From: an uncultured Candidatus Saccharibacteria bacterium
GTDB taxonomy: Bacteria > Patescibacteriota > WWE3 > UBA101185 > UBA10185
Length of the DNA stretch: 36,825 nucleotides
Assembly: GCA_964563965.1 (NCBI GenBank)
Contig: CAZLZI010000002.1
Location: 1 to 36,825, forward strand
Direction of reading: 5' to 3'
The translations under genes were made by a program, and so were the position numbers. The notes beneath the pieces are model-generated. The model was not told the origin of the DNA. It made no database searches and saw only the letters and a program-made list of their open reading frames with translations. Shown here in pieces: positions 8,611 to 17,147 of the stretch (within the stretch, counting starts at the first letter, position 1; every line of letters begins with the position of its first letter).

Positions 8611-10669
8611 AGCACCCCTTAACATCTTTGTACTGCTGCGCGGTATAAAAGACATGAGCCGGGAATTTGTTATTTATAATATTTTGATCCTGCTCAATGT
8701 TTTTTCATTTAGCATTATTGCCTTACTTAGCAAACTAAGAGTCTTTCCTTTCTTTCCTGTTTCGAAATTTCAGACAGCCTTCTTGGGCCATGTAACAAAG
8801 ATAACAAAGATGGTTGATAAAAAGACAGATCAAATCAGTAGAACAGATCTTATCCAACTCTCTATGAAAAATATGCTGGTAAAAAAAACACGGACTTTGG
8901 TAACCATCGGTGGTGTTTCTATAGGTATTGGAGCTATCGTCTTTCTAGTTTCGATCGGGTATGGTTTGCAAAATGTTGTTATCTCAAGAGTTGCTCGGCT
9001 TGATGAATTAAAACAAGCTGAAATAACCCCGCAAGCTGGTTCGAAAGTTAAAATTGATGACAAAATAATAGCTGATATTAAAGAGTTCACTAACGTCTCG
9101 GATGTTTTACCGGTTATTGCAGCAGTAGGGCGCGTTAATTACAAGAACTCAGTAACAGATATGGCTGTTTATGGTGTTACAACAGGCTATCTTGAAAAAT
9201 CGGCTATCAAACCTGTTAAAGGTAAAATCTTTTTAAGCAATGACTTATCTATAAAAGTCAAAAATGTTGATACTAATCCTCAAGGAGAAGTTGCAGGGGC
9301 ATCTACCAAGACCAGCTTTATTTTGGGTGAAACTTTAGGGCAAGCTGAAATTGAGCTGGATGCTAATAAATGGATTCGAGTCAGAGCAACCCCATCACCT
9401 TCTGGTGCTGTACTTGGCTATACTCGAAAGCTTAAAGGTACTCAATTTGGGGAAGCAATAATAGGAGAGAGTTACGAATCAGATACACCAACAGGGACAT
9501 ATGTAAAAAATGAACAAGGTGAGGATTTAGGGCTTTGGGTAAAAAGTAGTGTTGCGTTGTGGCAAGAAAAAGCATGTGATGACCAAGAACTCACTTGTGT
9601 GGATGGTAAATATCTTGAAGTACAAGATGCAAGTGGAGAACAAATGATAAGAGAAGGCTATATGGCTGTGGTAAATATGAAAGCTGATGTGTCAAATTCT
9701 ATTTCTCTTGGAACAGTCTTAGGTACCTCGAGCTCAATTCTTGCAGGTGATATTCTTGCAGCTGAAACTTCGCCAAGTGCCAATACAGTTATTATTGATG
9801 AAGGTGATTGGGTTAGAATTGTTGATCCTAATGCGGATAAAAAAGATACAGATGTAAAACGAGTGCCCCTGCATTCATCGGCAGTAAAACAAGCGGTAGT
9901 AAATCGAGCTGCCATCAAGGTTCTTAATATTGATGAGAATCTAGCTATTGGAAAAAGATTTAAAACCTCATTTATTATTCCAAGTTCTCTAGTAGCGGAC
10001 TCCAAACAAAGAATAGAATCAGAGGATGTTGAATATGAAATTGTTGCTGTAGTACCTGATGATTCAACGCCATTATTTTATGTTGCTTTAGTTGATCTTA
10101 GATCTTTAGGGACATCAAGCTTCTCACAAGTAAAAGTTGTGGTGAATGAAACAGAACAATTATCAGATGTCCGTAAGAAAATTGATGCGATTGGTTTTTC
10201 TAGTAGATCGGTTTCCGATACAGTTGAGCAGATCTCAAGTCTATTTAGTACTTTGCGGATCGTGCTAGGTATTATGGGTATGGTTGCCTTAATTGTTGCA
10301 TCTCTGGGTATGTTCAATACGCTTACAGTCTCACTTTTGGAAAGATCACGAGAGGTGGGTTTGATGAAAGCATTGGGTATGACAACTGCGGAAGTCCAGC
10401 AATTGTTTTTAACAGAATCAGTCATTATGGGAACAGGGGCAGGTGTTTTTGGTTTACTTGTTGGTTATTTACTAGGTAAAACACTTAGCTTAGTTTTGTC
10501 CACCATGGCTGTGTTTAAAGGAGAAGGTTTTTTAGATATTTCACACATCCCCTTTACTTTTGTAGTAACTATTATGATCCTCTCAACTCTTGTAGGGATA
10601 TTTACTGGTATATTTCCAGCACGTCGCTCAAAGAAAATCTCAGCATTAGATGCTCTGAGGTATGAATAG
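8576..10669 (+). CDS. MacB/FtsX-family ABC permease with an enlarged (~430 aa) extracytoplasmic domain
   Basis: The N-terminal MKNMLVKKTRTLVTIGGVSIGIGAIVFLV and the C-terminal FtsX TM bundle ending ISALDALRYE are typical of MacB/LolCE permeases. The first core TM lies at aa ~107-131 of the 697-aa ORF and the next at aa ~560. The start is uncertain: ATG 8576 (35-nt overlap with the ATPase gene), ATG 8654 or ATG 8810. Confidence 0.88.
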   Translation: MRLLNLLLRIIKAPLNIFVLLRGIKDMSREFVIYNILILLNVFSFSIIALLSKLRVFPFFPVSKFQTAFLGHVTKITKMVDKKTDQISRTDLIQLSMKNMLVKKTRTLVTIGGVSIGIGAIVFLVSIGYGLQNVVISRVARLDELKQAEITPQAGSKVKIDDKIIADIKEFTNVSDVLPVIAAVGRVNYKNSVTDMAVYGVTTGYLEKSAIKPVKGKIFLSNDLSIKVKNVDTNPQGEVAGASTKTSFILGETLGQAEIELDANKWIRVRATPSPSGAVLGYTRKLKGTQFGEAIIGESYESDTPTGTYVKNEQGEDLGLWVKSSVALWQEKACDDQELTCVDGKYLEVQDASGEQMIREGYMAVVNMKADVSNSISLGTVLGTSSSILAGDILAAETSPSANTVIIDEGDWVRIVDPNADKKDTDVKRVPLHSSAVKQAVVNRAAIKVLNIDENLAIGKRFKTSFIIPSSLVADSKQRIESEDVEYEIVAVVPDDSTPLFYVALVDLRSLGTSSFSQVKVVVNETEQLSDVRKKIDAIGFSSRSVSDTVEQISSLFSTLRIVLGIMGMVALIVASLGMFNTLTVSLLERSREVGLMKALGMTTAEVQQLFLTESVIMGTGAGVFGLLVGYLLGKTLSLVLSTMAVFKGEGFLDISHIPFTFVVTIMILSTLVGIFTGIFPARRSKKISALDALRYE

Positions 10670-11386
10670 TTAGTTGGTAAATTCGTAAAGGCAGATGCCT
10701 GTTGAGACTGCTAAGTTATAGGAATCAATATTCTTCTTTTGCGGGATGGTAAATGGAGTACCTAGTTTGGCAAATTGCTTAGGCAGGCCTTCTGCTTCAC
10801 TGCCAAATGCCAAGACCCAAGGGGCAGCAATTGTTAGTTTATCAACTGTTTCTTTAGCTCCGATCATTGATAGATACATGCTGTTTTTATTCGACCTAAT
10901 AAATTCTTCCATACTTCGAAAATATTTAAAGTTGATAGTAAAAACTGACCCCATAGAGGCTCTCACAGTTTTGGGATTAAAGATATCAACAGCAGGCTCA
11001 ATAATTGCTAGATTGTTTACGCCAAAGCCCTGCATGGTTCTAATAATAGTACCCAAGTTTCCTGAATCTGCCGGTTTATACAAAACTACTGTGTTTTCGT
11101 TTGGTTTAAGCTCTGATTTAAACTTTTTGAATACGCCAACTGCGTATATATTTGTTTTATCCGCTACTACGTTGAAGACTCTTTCACTAACATCTACGGT
11201 TATCCCGTGTTTTTTACATAATTCTTTAATATAGGAAATTCCCTCATTTCGATCTCCGTTTGGTGAGATAAATACCTGCATGGCCCTGTGCGGGGCGTGT
11301 TTTAACAGCTCTATTGTTGGATAAACACCTAGCGTATAGGAAAACTCCATATCTTTCTTGTATTGCCTGATCTTGTTATTTGCCAT
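10670..11386 (-). CDS. SpoU/TrmH-family RNA 2'-O-methyltransferase
   Basis: Motifs NLGTIIRTMQGFGVNNLAIIEP, FGSEAEGLP and SYNLAVSTGICLYEF. TATAAT lies 6 nt upstream of ATG 11386. The stop codon directly abuts the permease stop (TAG|TTA). Confidence 0.88.
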   Translation of the reverse strand: MANNKIRQYKKDMEFSYTLGVYPTIELLKHAPHRAMQVFISPNGDRNEGISYIKELCKKHGITVDVSERVFNVVADKTNIYAVGVFKKFKSELKPNENTVVLYKPADSGNLGTIIRTMQGFGVNNLAIIEPAVDIFNPKTVRASMGSVFTINFKYFRSMEEFIRSNKNSMYLSMIGAKETVDKLTIAAPWVLAFGSEAEGLPKQFAKLGTPFTIPQKKNIDSYNLAVSTGICLYEFTN

Positions 11387-11466
11387 AAGTGCATTATATA
11401 GCCTAATGCTAATTTAGACTACTTGAGGTATTTTTGTGCACACTATAATGGTGTATAATTTGCCCA

Positions 11467-11934
11467 ATGTTTGATATCCAACAACTCATTGAAAAATATA
11501 CCGATGAATTAAGTTCTATTCAGCATGAGCATACAAACACACTTCTTAAATTTGGCTCAAGCGATAGCGCCATGGAATCTCGTTTTCCCACTGGCAGAAC
11601 AGAACTAGAAACAACACTCAAAGTAATTGAAGACAAACTGGCGGATTTAACCCAAAAGATTGAACATCTACTTTCTCTCCAAAGTAAAAAACAACGCCCA
11701 TCTGATACAGTAACAGAGCCAAGTGCGGTAAGACTTATGCTTGATGGGAATGAAGGTTGGTATCTTATTAACTCAACCATTTCAGATTATACAAATGGGG
11801 TCATTTCAATTGATACCACACTTGGAAAACATTTAGTAAAGTCAAAAGTCGGAGAAAAGCACATTGGAGAAGGTGATGAAACACTCATAGTCCATATTAA
11901 AGATGTGATAGCTCTGGTTGATGATGATAGCTAA
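11467..11934 (+). CDS. Divergent GreA/GreB-family-like protein (transcript cleavage factor-like), otherwise hypothetical
   Basis: 155 aa, about the length of GreA. The N-terminal half looks like a helical or coiled-coil region. The C-terminal GVISIDTTLGKHLVKSKVGEKHIGEGDETLIVHIKDV resembles the GreA C-terminal motif iS..SPlGkaLlGkkvGd. TATAAT lies 7 nt upstream of the ATG. Confidence 0.45.
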   Translation: MFDIQQLIEKYTDELSSIQHEHTNTLLKFGSSDSAMESRFPTGRTELETTLKVIEDKLADLTQKIEHLLSLQSKKQRPSDTVTEPSAVRLMLDGNEGWYLINSTISDYTNGVISIDTTLGKHLVKSKVGEKHIGEGDETLIVHIKDVIALVDDDS

Positions 11935-13053
11935 CTAATTGCTACGTTGAATAACATAGTCCGCTACCCCTTTTAAGAAATTTATGCCGGTAGTATCCCA
12001 GTGTGTAGGAGCTGTATCTAATACTTGTTTCCCTTTTGCTACGAGTTGTTTCGCCATAGTTTTTGAATAGTCAAAGGAACCACAGTCTAGTAACACCTGC
12101 TGTACTTGCGCATGTTCGTTATCGGTTAAGTCTTTTTTTCCAAGATATGTGTGAATGATGTGTAATTGCTGGTTACTAGCATGTTTAAGTGCGTACTGGA
12201 TAAGCAGTGTCATTTTGCCTTCCATCAAATCATCTTTATCTGATTTGCCCGTTAACTCACTATCGCCGAACATGCCAATGACATCATCGTGTATTTGGAA
12301 GGCAATACCTACAGGAATGGCATACTTTGATAGGACTGCAAGATCACTTTCTTTTGCACCCGCCAGTAAAGCACCGCTGTGTAAGGGGTTTTCAAAAGTA
12401 TAAACTCCGGTTTTCCATTCAAGCATAGATAGAACATCTTGTTCTTGTACTTCGTCTTTGAGCGAATTAAAAGCATCAGTTATTTGCCCATAAGCTGTAG
12501 TTGCAATCTTAGAATTTAAGTTTAGGGCAAGCTTAATTTTTATGTCATCGGAGGTGTTTAGTGCAAGGAGTATTTCTTCCGCTCGGTGCAGTTGCAAAAG
12601 GGCAGCAGTTATGGCCATGGCAGCTCCATGATGATACGGGTCTACTCGGTTAAATGCGTGGGTATTAAAGTAACTTTCTGCTAATACATGTGCAGTAGGA
12701 CCACCTCTGCGGGTTGCAGATTTATCGGTAAAATCATCTATTATTAGCAGATAAGCATGAATCATCTCGATAGCCCGAGCAAGTTCCAGAGCAGCCTCAT
12801 CAGTCTTCCCCCCTAGCATTCTATAAGTATAATATGCAAGAGAACCTCGTATTCTCTTACCACCTCGGATTGCAATTTGGTTATAAAAATTTAATGTAGC
12901 AAAACAGTCTTGATTGTGTTGCGTTTTTGCATAAGACTCTTCTTCGGCAAGATTTGTTGCAAAGTAAGGTTCAAATAGCAAAACAAACTGTTTCACCAGT
13001 GCTTTAGCACTAAGTGCGTCTGCTGATAATGTATAGCCTAAATCAAATTTCAT
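11935..13053 (-). CDS. trans-Isoprenyl (polyprenyl) diphosphate synthase, probably short-chain (FPP/GGPP-type)
   Basis: First Asp-rich motif LLIIDDFTDKSATRRG and second FQIHDDVIGMFGD. I prefer ATG 13053 (MKFDLGY..., 8 nt after the upstream stop) over ATG 13098, which would overlap the upstream gene by 37 nt. Confidence 0.9.
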   Translation of the reverse strand: MKFDLGYTLSADALSAKALVKQFVLLFEPYFATNLAEEESYAKTQHNQDCFATLNFYNQIAIRGGKRIRGSLAYYTYRMLGGKTDEAALELARAIEMIHAYLLIIDDFTDKSATRRGGPTAHVLAESYFNTHAFNRVDPYHHGAAMAITAALLQLHRAEEILLALNTSDDIKIKLALNLNSKIATTAYGQITDAFNSLKDEVQEQDVLSMLEWKTGVYTFENPLHSGALLAGAKESDLAVLSKYAIPVGIAFQIHDDVIGMFGDSELTGKSDKDDLMEGKMTLLIQYALKHASNQQLHIIHTYLGKKDLTDNEHAQVQQVLLDCGSFDYSKTMAKQLVAKGKQVLDTAPTHWDTTGINFLKGVADYVIQRSN

Positions 13054-13061
13054 CGCGGTTA

Positions 13062-14456
13062 TTATACTTCTTTTATGGCATTTACTAAAGCTAGACACAT
13101 GTAAGTAGCAATTAGTATGTGGCCCAAAAGTCCTCCTGGAGTTGCATATAACGCAAGTGTTATATAGTACAAAATGGCAAGAAGTGTTAGTCCGCCATAA
13201 TATTTGTCACTTCTTCTGGCTTTAGTAAATGTTTTAATAAGGGTGATAAGTAAGACAGCAACAAAGAAACTGGCTAGATAACTACTAAGTGGGGCAGGCA
13301 AGAGTGAGGAGGAGCCTTGCTTATCCCAAAACCATAACCCGTTCTTAAGGGCGAAAAGTTCTAAGACAATACCAAAACAAGCAACAAACAAAGAGGATCC
13401 AAGAATAGTTCTTATGCCTATGTAGGCTCCTTTAATTAAGATGAACCGTGCAAAAGGTATAAACAATGGAATACCTAAGAAAGCTAACAGATCTGGATTG
13501 TAACTATACCTGCCAAAAGGAAAGCCAGTTTCAAGGGCAATGTAATCAAGAAAAAATAGCAGTGGTATAAGGAGTAGTTCTTTAGGATCTGAAATCAAAA
13601 TAAATGTTCCAAGTAAAAAAAGACTAAGTGTTGCAATATTTCTAAACTCGGGGTTTTGCAAATATGCTATATAGGGAAAATAAGCATCTAGCATAAGGGC
13701 TAACGCTATAATAATAAAGAACGCCTTACTTACTTTGTATTTTCTAGTCTTTTGTTTAGGTTTACCGTACCAATATTCAAGATTATCTCTATTTCTGGCA
13801 ACTTTGAAATTAAGCAGTGTGCCTATAACTCCTAGTAGAAATTTCTTTAAATTATGGCCATCCTCATATTTACGATAACTGGTAAAGCCGGTTTTAGTAA
13901 TAACTTTTATACTTCTAGCTCCAAAGAGTTTGCGTATTTTCTTATAAAAAAGCATGTCTTCATATGCATAGACCTCTTCATCAAACATGCCTACTTGCTT
14001 AAAATCTTTTTTATTAATGCCCATATAGTGTCCACTGCCTATGCCCGTAAGAAGTGTAATAAAGTTGTAAAACCACACCCCATAACTTGCCACACTTGGA
14101 TATTTCTTATGTCTTACAATCTGTGTTACTGCAAAGTATCTTTTAGAGTTTAATGCACTGACTGTTTCTTCAACTACTGTATCCTTCAGTACTGTATCGG
14201 CATCAACAAAGATTAGTATATCGCCTTTGGCAGCACGCGCAGCTGTATTGCGTGCTTTTGAGATATTTGGCTCTTCTAGGGTTACTACTTTTGCACCTAG
14301 TCTCTGGGCAACACTCTGGGTGTTATCAGTCGAGTTGTTGTTACAAACAATAACCTCGTAAGCAACACCAGCTTTAGCACAAGCCTTCTGGATTGATTTA
14401 ATCGTCTGGGGCAGATTCTTTTCCTCATTTCTAGCTGGGATACAGAATGAAATCAT
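13062..14456 (-). CDS. Fusion protein: N-terminal family-2 glycosyltransferase plus C-terminal multi-TM domain resembling the carotenoid-biosynthesis membrane protein family (DUF422/Caroten_synth)
   Basis: GT2 signatures ISFCIPARNEEKNLPQT, CNNNSTDNT and FVDADT at aa 1-~225. 7-8 hydrophobic helices at aa ~245-464, including ETGFPFGRYSYNP...LGIPLFIPFARF, which matches my memory of PF04240. Confidence 0.8.
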   Translation of the reverse strand: MISFCIPARNEEKNLPQTIKSIQKACAKAGVAYEVIVCNNNSTDNTQSVAQRLGAKVVTLEEPNISKARNTAARAAKGDILIFVDADTVLKDTVVEETVSALNSKRYFAVTQIVRHKKYPSVASYGVWFYNFITLLTGIGSGHYMGINKKDFKQVGMFDEEVYAYEDMLFYKKIRKLFGARSIKVITKTGFTSYRKYEDGHNLKKFLLGVIGTLLNFKVARNRDNLEYWYGKPKQKTRKYKVSKAFFIIIALALMLDAYFPYIAYLQNPEFRNIATLSLFLLGTFILISDPKELLLIPLLFFLDYIALETGFPFGRYSYNPDLLAFLGIPLFIPFARFILIKGAYIGIRTILGSSLFVACFGIVLELFALKNGLWFWDKQGSSSLLPAPLSSYLASFFVAVLLITLIKTFTKARRSDKYYGGLTLLAILYYITLALYATPGGLLGHILIATYMCLALVNAIKEV

Positions 14457-14517
14457 AGACCCATTTTACAATATTTTTGGTATAAGTATTAACTAGTGTA
14501 AATTTTGCAGGGGTATG

Positions 14518-14526
14518 TGCTACAAT
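14518..14526 (+). promoter_or_regulatory. Extended -10 element TGcTACAAT, 6 nt upstream of the rpmG ATG
   Basis: tgc tacaat at 14518-14526, then accccc and ATG 14533. No Shine-Dalgarno sequence. Confidence 0.45.
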
Positions 14527-14532
14527 ACCCCC

Positions 14533-14709
14533 ATGGCTGGAAAAAAAGGCAACAGAATTTTAATAGGGTTGGAATGTGTCGAAACAGGACGCAGAACCTA
14601 TGTAACCCAAAAAAACAAGATAAATAAACCTGATAAGCTTCAGATTATGAAATATAACCCTGTAGCACGCAAAAGGACTCTTCACAAAGAGGTTAGTAAG
14701 CTTAAATAA
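14533..14709 (+). CDS. rpmG: 50S ribosomal protein L33 (Cys-poor, non-zinc form)
   Basis: MAGKKGNRILIGLECVETGRRTYVTQKNKINKPDKLQIMKYNPVARKRTLHKE matches the L33 pattern (Y.T.KNK.N.P.KL...KY.P..RK.T.HKE). There are no CxxC pairs. ATG 14533 is preferred over ATG 14515. Confidence 0.9.
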   Translation: MAGKKGNRILIGLECVETGRRTYVTQKNKINKPDKLQIMKYNPVARKRTLHKEVSKLK

Positions 14710-14723
14710 TCCCATTTTTACAA

Positions 14724-17147
14724 ATGGCAAACACTAGGGTATATAAACATCTTGATATTGAGAGTAACTGGCGTCATAAATGGTATGAAGACAATATTTA
14801 TGAGGCTGTAGACTTTTCACCAAAACCAAAGAAATATATTCTTGCCGAATTGCCTTATCCATCAGGTAAATACCTGCACGCTGGGCATATGATGAGGTAT
14901 ACCATCCCTGAAGTCTATTCACGGTTACTTAGAATGCAGGGCTATAATGTTCTCTTTCCTATGGGTTGGGACTCTTTTGGTCTGCCTGCGGAAACCTTTG
15001 CTATCAAGTCAAAAACAACTCCTCAACAAGTAATTGCTCAAGCTGAAATCGATTATAAACAAGCGATGCAGCTCATGGGTTATGCCATCGATTGGAAACG
15101 AGAAATTAATACCTCCAAACCAGAATTTTATAAATGGACCCAATGGATGTTTTTAAAGTTGTGGGAAAAAGGCTTAGTCAAGCAAAGAGAGATGCCGGTT
15201 TGGTGGTGTAAAGAATTGGGAGTGCTAGCGGATGAAGAAGTTCTAACCAATGAACAAGGAGATAAGATCTCTGAACGAGGATCTTATCCTGTTATAAGAA
15301 AAAACTTTAACCAATGGGTACTTAAGATTACTGACTATGCCCAAAGACTGCTAGACGATTTAGCTAAAACTGATTACATGGATTATGTAAAGCAGGGTCA
15401 GATCAACTGGATTGGGAAAAAGGATGGGACCTTAGTCAAGTTCAAGACATCAGACTCAAAAGAGCTTGTGGTCTTTACTACTCGGGTTGATACTATTTAC
15501 GGCGTTAGTTTTCTAGCTATTTGCCCAGAACATGCAAATATAAACTCATTGCTTAACAGCGCAGCAAACAAAGAAGAGTTGAGGACATATATCAAAGTAG
15601 CTACAGGTTTATCGGAAATGGACCGTCAAACAAAAGAAAAGACTGGAGTACTTATTCAAGGTGTCCACGCCATTCACCCCTTAACTAGTCAAGCCATACC
15701 AATATATATTGCAGATTATGTGTTAGCTGATTTTGGTACCGGTGTAGTCATGGGAGTACCTGCGCATGACCCACGAGACCATGCGTTTGCAGAAAACTAT
15801 GCACTTCCGATAACTGAAGTTATAACAAAACCAGACAGGGAGACTTCTTTGTATGTAGGTGAAGGAGAATTGATTAATTCGGCTAGTTTTACTGGTATGC
15901 AGTCAACTCTTGCACGGACCAAGATCACCGCTATGTTAGAAGCCAATGGCATGGGGGAGCATAAAACCACGTATAAGTTACGAGATACTATTTGGTCCAG
16001 ACAAAGATACTGGGGAGAACCAATACCTTTAATTTATACTGAAAATGGAGAGATACAAGCTGATTATAATTTGCCCGTAATGTTACCAGAACTAAGGGAC
16101 GCATCCGCAGACTTTAAAGAATTTCCTCCATTAAGTGATTTTGAGGGGTGGGCAAATACAGTCGATCAAGATGGTAAGCCGGCCAAAAGGGAGTGTGATG
16201 TCATGCCTACGTGGGCAGGGTCAAATTGGTATTACATTAGGTATCTTGATCCTGCAAATGCTAGCGAGTTTTGCAGTATGGAGAAAATGAAGTATTGGCT
16301 GCCTGTAGATAAGTACTATGGTGATGCTGGGCATACGACTGCACACTTACTCTATACTAGGTTTTGGTATAAAGCACTGTTTGATATGGGGTATATACCC
16401 AATGATGAACCGATTAACTTTAGGATGAGTGGGGGCATACTACTTGGTGAGGATAGAACAAAGATGTCCAAATCAAGACCTGAATTTACAGTCGATCCCA
16501 AATATTTAATGGATAGCTATGGTGCAGATGCTGCGAGGATGGTTTTGTGCTTCTTAGGGCCTTATGATGCTACCTATCCATGGAATCCGCAAAGTATTAA
16601 AGCCTGCTACAAAGTTATTTCAACCATTTACGAATTAACTGATAGGACAACAGAAACCAGTCCTTCTCTTGAGCTACTCCAAGCTTTTCACAAAATGGTT
16701 AAAAACATTACCAAGATGATGGAAGAGTTGAAAATGAATAGTGCGGTGTCAGAAATCATGATTTTTGTTAATTTTTGTAAGACTCAACAAGAGCTTAGTA
16801 CCGAGATATGGAAAGAATTTAGCAAAGTCATCGCTCCTATTACACCCTTTGTTGCAGAACAGATTTGGCAGGAGCTTAATGGCTATGAGAAGTGGAGGAA
16901 AGAAAATAGTGTTCACTTACAAACATGGCCGCTTTTCTTAGAGGAACTTACCCAAGCTGCACAACTAGCACTACCTATACAAATAAACGGTAAAGTTAGA
17001 GCTACGTTAACGATAGCAAGAGACTTGTCAGAAGATGAGATCAAAGCGCAAGTGTATGCTTTGCCTGAAGTAGTTAAATATGCAAGTCCAGCAACAACTA
17101 AGAAATTTCTCTACATCAAAAACAAAATTGTAAGCATTAATGTTTAA
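14724..17147 (+). CDS. leuS: Leucine--tRNA ligase
   Basis: 807 aa. HIGH-type motif YPSGKYLHAGH, KMSKS motif (TKMSKSRPE) and bacterial LeuS-like sequence throughout. Confidence 0.96.
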   Translation: MANTRVYKHLDIESNWRHKWYEDNIYEAVDFSPKPKKYILAELPYPSGKYLHAGHMMRYTIPEVYSRLLRMQGYNVLFPMGWDSFGLPAETFAIKSKTTPQQVIAQAEIDYKQAMQLMGYAIDWKREINTSKPEFYKWTQWMFLKLWEKGLVKQREMPVWWCKELGVLADEEVLTNEQGDKISERGSYPVIRKNFNQWVLKITDYAQRLLDDLAKTDYMDYVKQGQINWIGKKDGTLVKFKTSDSKELVVFTTRVDTIYGVSFLAICPEHANINSLLNSAANKEELRTYIKVATGLSEMDRQTKEKTGVLIQGVHAIHPLTSQAIPIYIADYVLADFGTGVVMGVPAHDPRDHAFAENYALPITEVITKPDRETSLYVGEGELINSASFTGMQSTLARTKITAMLEANGMGEHKTTYKLRDTIWSRQRYWGEPIPLIYTENGEIQADYNLPVMLPELRDASADFKEFPPLSDFEGWANTVDQDGKPAKRECDVMPTWAGSNWYYIRYLDPANASEFCSMEKMKYWLPVDKYYGDAGHTTAHLLYTRFWYKALFDMGYIPNDEPINFRMSGGILLGEDRTKMSKSRPEFTVDPKYLMDSYGADAARMVLCFLGPYDATYPWNPQSIKACYKVISTIYELTDRTTETSPSLELLQAFHKMVKNITKMMEELKMNSAVSEIMIFVNFCKTQQELSTEIWKEFSKVIAPITPFVAEQIWQELNGYEKWRKENSVHLQTWPLFLEELTQAAQLALPIQINGKVRATLTIARDLSEDEIKAQVYALPEVVKYASPATTKKFLYIKNKIVSINV

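Noticed and set aside
8830-11234. Antisense ORFs of 86-162 aa within the permease and TrmH-like genes (8830-9090, 9658-10005, 10078-10425, 10746-11234).
   Set aside because: Each lies entirely inside a gene with clear family motifs on the other strand. None has a motif or start signal of its own.
13054-13098. 15-codon N-terminal extension of the polyprenyl synthase ORF (MSSFSKCHKRSIITA).
   Set aside because: It would overlap the upstream gene by 37 nt, whereas the MKFDLGY start sits 8 nt after that gene's stop. I kept it as an alternative only.
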